Assembly (NCBI GenBank): GCA_040404005.1
Contig: JBBAJO010000017.1
Span: 5,245-69,244 of the forward strand
Direction: 5' to 3'
Source: Chitinophagaceae bacterium
GTDB taxonomy: Bacteria; Bacteroidota; Bacteroidia; Chitinophagales; Chitinophagaceae
Length of the DNA: 64,000 nucleotides
How positions within the stretch are numbered: the stretch's first letter is position 1; the number at the start of each line of letters is the position of its first letter. The translations under genes and the position numbers were made by a program. Shown here piece after piece: positions 60,062 through 64,000 of this stretch. Under the pieces are notes generated by a model. That model was not told the DNA's origin and did not search any database. It saw only the letters and a list, made by a program, of their open reading frames with translations.

Positions 60062-62887
60062 CTAGGCCAAACTCTCATCAACCAGGTATAATATAGACTC
60101 ATAATTTTTCTTCACGGCCTCACTCATCGCCATCTCGCAGGTTTTGGTGGAGGAATAGTAGCCGTCGTACGTTTTTTGCTGGACTTCTACAGCTTCCGGA
60201 AGAGTAGCTGATGCCGTAAGTTCGGGAATCAGAAACCCTCGATCTCCCGCCATTCCACAGCAGCCTGCACTAAAGGGTACAGTCACCTCTGCCGCAAAGT
60301 GTTTTGCAACCCGAACAAATTTATCTTCGGTGTTCATTTTCTGTAAAGAACAAACAGGATGCACTACGATATTTTTCTGCCTCTTCAAAGTTGATGCTTT
60401 TGGCACTACCATGTCGTTCAGGAAATCTACGCTGTCCAAAATAGTCAGTTGGTCAAATTTACCTTTTCGCACATCATCAAGCGCGGGACGAACATGATGA
60501 AGGGTATAAGCGCAGGAACTAACGTCAATGACTACGGGTAGTTTTCCTTCATCGCTGCTTTCCCATAGCTGGTCAATGATCTTATTTGCCGTGTAGTTTG
60601 CCGCTGCGCCATAACCTTTTGACGAATAGATCTGGCTGCAGCAACTGCCTTCTGCATTTTTTAAAACATTGACGCCGATGCCGGTTTTTTTACAGATACT
60701 CAGAAAGGTCTCCATCAGATTTTTTTCTTTCCCCTCATAGACGCCCAGCGTTCTGCTGATACAGGATGGGAAGTAAACGATGGCTGCATCTTTCGCAGTC
60801 CGTTGATCATTGATGGAACCCAGGTCAGGAGGATAAAGTAGTTGTTCGCTCCAAAGCGGCATTTCCGGGAAGAATTTCCTGGCGAACCCGGTGAAGCCCC
60901 GCATAAAATTCTTGCCAAACAGTTTATTGAACGTAATCCCTGTTTTCAAAGCTGTTCTGGCCAGTCGCTCCACGGTCCGGAAATTTTTTGCGACCGACAA
61001 CGCGATCTTGTTGGCGAATGGCGAATGGTTCTCCCTCCTCAACCGTTTCACCAAATCACCGGTATTGATGTCCACCGGACAAGCTGTAGCGCATAATCCA
61101 TCTACGGCGCAGGTATCGAGTACATCATACTGATACTGTTTCAGCAGGAGTTCATAATCGGACTTGTTCCCAGCCAGTTCAAGGCTTTTCAATACCCTTC
61201 GGATCACTATCCTCCGGCGCGGCGTGGTGGTGATATCCCTGCTCGGACATTTGTGTTCGCAGTATCCGCATTCTATGCAACGGTCCACTTCCTCTTCAAC
61301 GGGAGGAAGTTCTTTCAGATTTTTGATATGGGCTTCGCGATCATCGTTAATGATGACGCCTGGGTTCAGGAGGCCTTCAGGGTCTATCAGCTGTTTGATC
61401 GATTTGATGATCTCATAGGCTTCGCCACCCCATTCGGTTTCCACAAAAGGCGCCATATTCCTACCGGTACCGTGTTCTGCTTTCAGTGCGCCCTGGTATT
61501 TGTCCACCACCATCGTCACCACTTCCCGCATAAACTCGTCGTACCGCCGGACTTCAGCATCGGTATTGAAAGATTGCGTGACCACAAAATGGATATTACC
61601 ATCTTTAGCATGGCCAAAGATGATGGCATTATCGTAATGATATTTCTTGAAAAGATCCTGCAGGTCGAGGATAGCATCGCCCAGTTTTTCGATCGGGAAG
61701 GCGATGTCTTCTAAAATCACCGTGGTTCCACTCGCCCTCACGGCACCTACTGCAGGGAAGAGACCTTTTCTCACTTTCCAAAGGAAGTCCTGCTCCTTGG
61801 GGTCGGTGGTGAATATTGGCGCGTTGATCAGCGATAGATCAGCAGACGATGACAGGAAGTTATTGACCCTTTCATCTAACATCGCATGACTGTCTTCCTG
61901 AAACTCGATCAGCAATGCGGCTGCGCCCTCTGGTAATGTTTTTACAATGGTTGGCATGCCGGGCATGTTTTCTACTGAACTAAGGGAGGCCCTATCCATT
62001 AATTCTACCATAAGGGCGCCTGCGATGGTTAGGGGGATGATCGCCTGGCATGCATCATAGATGGTTGGGAAGTATAGTAAGGCAGTGGATTTATATGGGT
62101 AATCAGGTACTGTTTTGAGCACGGCTTCCGAGATGAAAGCCAGTGTTCCTTCCGCTCCGATCAGCAGGTGCGCCAGGATATCCAGCGGATGTTGATGGTC
62201 GATGAATGCATTGAGCGAATAGCCCACCGTGTTCTTGGTGAGGTATTTTTTTCGGATCAGGGTGTGTAAAGAAGGATTTGCGGCAATGCGGTCCCGGATA
62301 GCTGCAAGGCCCAGGAACAGTTTTCCGCATTCGATTTCAAAAAGTTCGTAATCCGCAGGATCTTCCGTAGTGAAGATATTGCCATCGGGCAGCATGAACC
62401 GGATGTATTTGGTAGTATGATAGGAGTTCAGCGCTACGCCGCAACACATGCCACTGGCATTGTTAGAGAGGATGCCGCCCATCATGGCTGCGCTGATGCT
62501 GGAGGGATCGGGCCCGATCTTTCGCTGGTGTTTTTTTAAGTAGGTGTTGACCATGGCGCCGGTGATGCCCGGCTGCACACGCACCAAAAGGCCGTTCTCT
62601 TCGATCCTGATCTTGTTCCAAAACTGGCTAAGGTCCACCAGAATGCCGTCTGTAATGGCCTGTCCCGATAAGCTCGTTCCGCCGGTGCGGAAAACAAGCG
62701 GAATACGATGCTGCTGAGAGAATTTGAACAGCGCGACGATCTCCGCTTCGCTGATCGGTTGAACGATGGCTTTGGGAAGCAGGTAATAAAAGCCAGCATC
62801 GGAGGCGAACGACACCAGGTCAATAAAGCGATTTTTTATCCTGGTCTCAGGGAGGATCTTCAGCAATTCTTCTTTCAAAGCCGTCAT
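60062..62887 (-). CDS. FAD-binding / 4Fe-4S / CCG-domain oxidoreductase (Dld-II-type D-lactate dehydrogenase)
   Basis: FRTGGTSLSGQA, HAKDGNIHF, AEHGTGRNM, CIECGYCEHKCP, CAVDGLCATACP and CCGMAGDRG motifs. Confidence 0.92.
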   Translation of the reverse strand: MTALKEELLKILPETRIKNRFIDLVSFASDAGFYYLLPKAIVQPISEAEIVALFKFSQQHRIPLVFRTGGTSLSGQAITDGILVDLSQFWNKIRIEENGLLVRVQPGITGAMVNTYLKKHQRKIGPDPSSISAAMMGGILSNNASGMCCGVALNSYHTTKYIRFMLPDGNIFTTEDPADYELFEIECGKLFLGLAAIRDRIAANPSLHTLIRKKYLTKNTVGYSLNAFIDHQHPLDILAHLLIGAEGTLAFISEAVLKTVPDYPYKSTALLYFPTIYDACQAIIPLTIAGALMVELMDRASLSSVENMPGMPTIVKTLPEGAAALLIEFQEDSHAMLDERVNNFLSSSADLSLINAPIFTTDPKEQDFLWKVRKGLFPAVGAVRASGTTVILEDIAFPIEKLGDAILDLQDLFKKYHYDNAIIFGHAKDGNIHFVVTQSFNTDAEVRRYDEFMREVVTMVVDKYQGALKAEHGTGRNMAPFVETEWGGEAYEIIKSIKQLIDPEGLLNPGVIINDDREAHIKNLKELPPVEEEVDRCIECGYCEHKCPSRDITTTPRRRIVIRRVLKSLELAGNKSDYELLLKQYQYDVLDTCAVDGLCATACPVDINTGDLVKRLRRENHSPFANKIALSVAKNFRTVERLARTALKTGITFNKLFGKNFMRGFTGFARKFFPEMPLWSEQLLYPPDLGSINDQRTAKDAAIVYFPSCISRTLGVYEGKEKNLMETFLSICKKTGIGVNVLKNAEGSCCSQIYSSKGYGAAANYTANKIIDQLWESSDEGKLPVVIDVSSCAYTLHHVRPALDDVRKGKFDQLTILDSVDFLNDMVVPKASTLKRQKNIVVHPVCSLQKMNTEDKFVRVAKHFAAEVTVPFSAGCCGMAGDRGFLIPELTASATLPEAVEVQQKTYDGYYSSTKTCEMAMSEAVKKNYESILYLVDESLA

Positions 62888-63058
62888 GGGCTATGAAGTT
62901 CCGGAACTTCGGCCATATTTTCTGTGTGATTGGGATATTTTGATTCGATTAGCTGAAAAAAATTAACAACTAACTGATTTTGTCATTCGTACTCAAGCAT
63001 TGAAAAGTTTATACATTGTGGTGCGCTTTCATTCACTTTTTCTGACGCATAAACGCCA

Positions 63059-63850
63059 TTGATGAGATTTACGCTATTTGTTGTTTCTATCCTCGCCTGT
63101 ATGTCGGTCTATGGCCAGGCATTGAATTCATTGCCTAAGTCGTACTACGCCAACTACGCCAAAAAGCCTCCGGTGATCGACGGCAAAATTGGCAAGCGGG
63201 AATGGAAATCCGTTCCCTGGTCCGATAATTATGTGGACATCGAAGGAGATCAAAAGCCATTGCCCCGGTTTGCAACCAGGATGAAGATGTTATGGGATGA
63301 CGACTCTCTCTATATTCTGGCGGATATGGAAGAGCCGCAACTTTGGGCAACATTGACCGATTACGATGCGATCATTTTCCAGGATCATGATTTTGAGATC
63401 TTTATCGATCCCGATGATGATGGCAATGATTACATCGAGATCGAGATCAATGCCCTTGGAACCGTAATGGATCTGCATATGGGAAAGTCGTATAGCAGAG
63501 GCGGCCCCATGGATATGGCCTGGAACACCGTTGGGATGAGAAGCGCAGTTGGCCTTAACGGCACATTGAATAAGAACGATGATATCGATAAGGGCTGGGT
63601 GGTTGAGTTTGCCATCCCTTTTTCATCCATGAGTAAAGGGGAGAAGAAATACAAACCCACGCCCGAGAAACCATGGCGGATCAATTTTTCCCGTGTGGAA
63701 TGGCAGCTGGAAAACGATGGTACCAGCTACAGCAAAAAGATCGGCGCTAATGGAAAACCATTGCCGGAAAACAACTGGGTCTGGACTCCCCAGGGCGCGA
63801 TCAATATGCATATTCCGGAGAAGTGGGGATACCTGCATTTCATAAAATGA
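63059..63850 (+). CDS. Carbohydrate-binding family 9-like (CBM9/DOMON) protein, secreted
   Basis: PPVIDG, KMLWDDDSLY, DHDFEIFIDP, EIEINALGT and WRINFSRV motifs. Confidence 0.9.
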   Translation: MMRFTLFVVSILACMSVYGQALNSLPKSYYANYAKKPPVIDGKIGKREWKSVPWSDNYVDIEGDQKPLPRFATRMKMLWDDDSLYILADMEEPQLWATLTDYDAIIFQDHDFEIFIDPDDDGNDYIEIEINALGTVMDLHMGKSYSRGGPMDMAWNTVGMRSAVGLNGTLNKNDDIDKGWVVEFAIPFSSMSKGEKKYKPTPEKPWRINFSRVEWQLENDGTSYSKKIGANGKPLPENNWVWTPQGAINMHIPEKWGYLHFIK

Positions 63851-63872
63851 GCAGAGCTCATTTTATGAAATG

Positions 63873-63916
63873 CATTGGCTAATTGGCTGATTAACTCATT
63901 GACTAATTAGCTAATT
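63873..63916. repeat. Degenerate octamer tandem repeat (about 5.5 units)
   Basis: cattggct aattggct gattaact cattgact aattagct aatt, 22 nt after the CBM9 stop. Confidence 0.75.
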
Positions 63917-63962
63917 CTTCACATCAATCCCTTTCATTCATTCGAAAGTTCTTACCGAGAGG

Positions 63963-64000
63963 TATAGTACTCCCCTAAATTCAGACCACGAGGTTAGTTA
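63963..64000 (+). mobile_element. Possible IS3-family terminal inverted repeat at the window edge
   Basis: TATAGTACTCCCCTAAATTCAGACCACGAGGTTAG resembles, from recall, IS3/IS911-like ends; it starts TA rather than TG, and no transposase is visible. Confidence 0.3.

Noticed and set aside
1-64000. CRISPR arrays, rRNA, tRNA, defence systems and PULs
   Set aside because: No repeat-spacer periodicity, RNA gene signatures, cas or restriction genes, or susC/susD were seen. The lone MazG-like gene sits in a housekeeping context behind an RNA methyltransferase.

Overview
Chromosomal segment of a Bacteroidota bacterium, probably Chitinophagia- or Cytophagia-like. This is inferred from TAnnTTTG -7 promoter boxes, Bacteroidota-type lipoprotein signals and gene content. 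About 55 mostly unlinked genes encode secreted hydrolases (M28, M16 and S9 peptidases, three serine hydrolases, GH95, GH43, GH18, sulfatase, SGNH, PIG-L, cyanophycinase, NamZ-like, BNR/VPS10, CBM9-like), metabolic enzymes (icd, yiaK, a Dld-II-type FAD/Fe-S lactate dehydrogenase), an Fe-S-less (6-4)-type photolyase, RNA-modification enzymes and hypotheticals. No rRNA, tRNA, CRISPR array, integrase or intact transposase was found. Five points stand out. (1) An AT-rich accessory region at about 55.2-60.1 kb holds a stranded, diverged copy of the last 33 codons of the Dld gene (56017-56115 vs 60062-60160; 81/99 nt identical, mostly synonymous changes), bracketing an HTH + lipoprotein/beta-barrel cassette with a palindromic candidate operator. 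(2) A CbbR/CmpR-type LysR regulator is divergent from icd, and a possible second binding site lies before a three-gene membrane cluster that includes a 31-aa ORF below the track cutoff. (3) Several internally deleted gene relics fill intergenic gaps. (4) Two related octamer tandem repeats follow stop codons. (5) A possible IS3-like terminus sits at the right edge. Family assignments come from motif recognition only; no database search was run.
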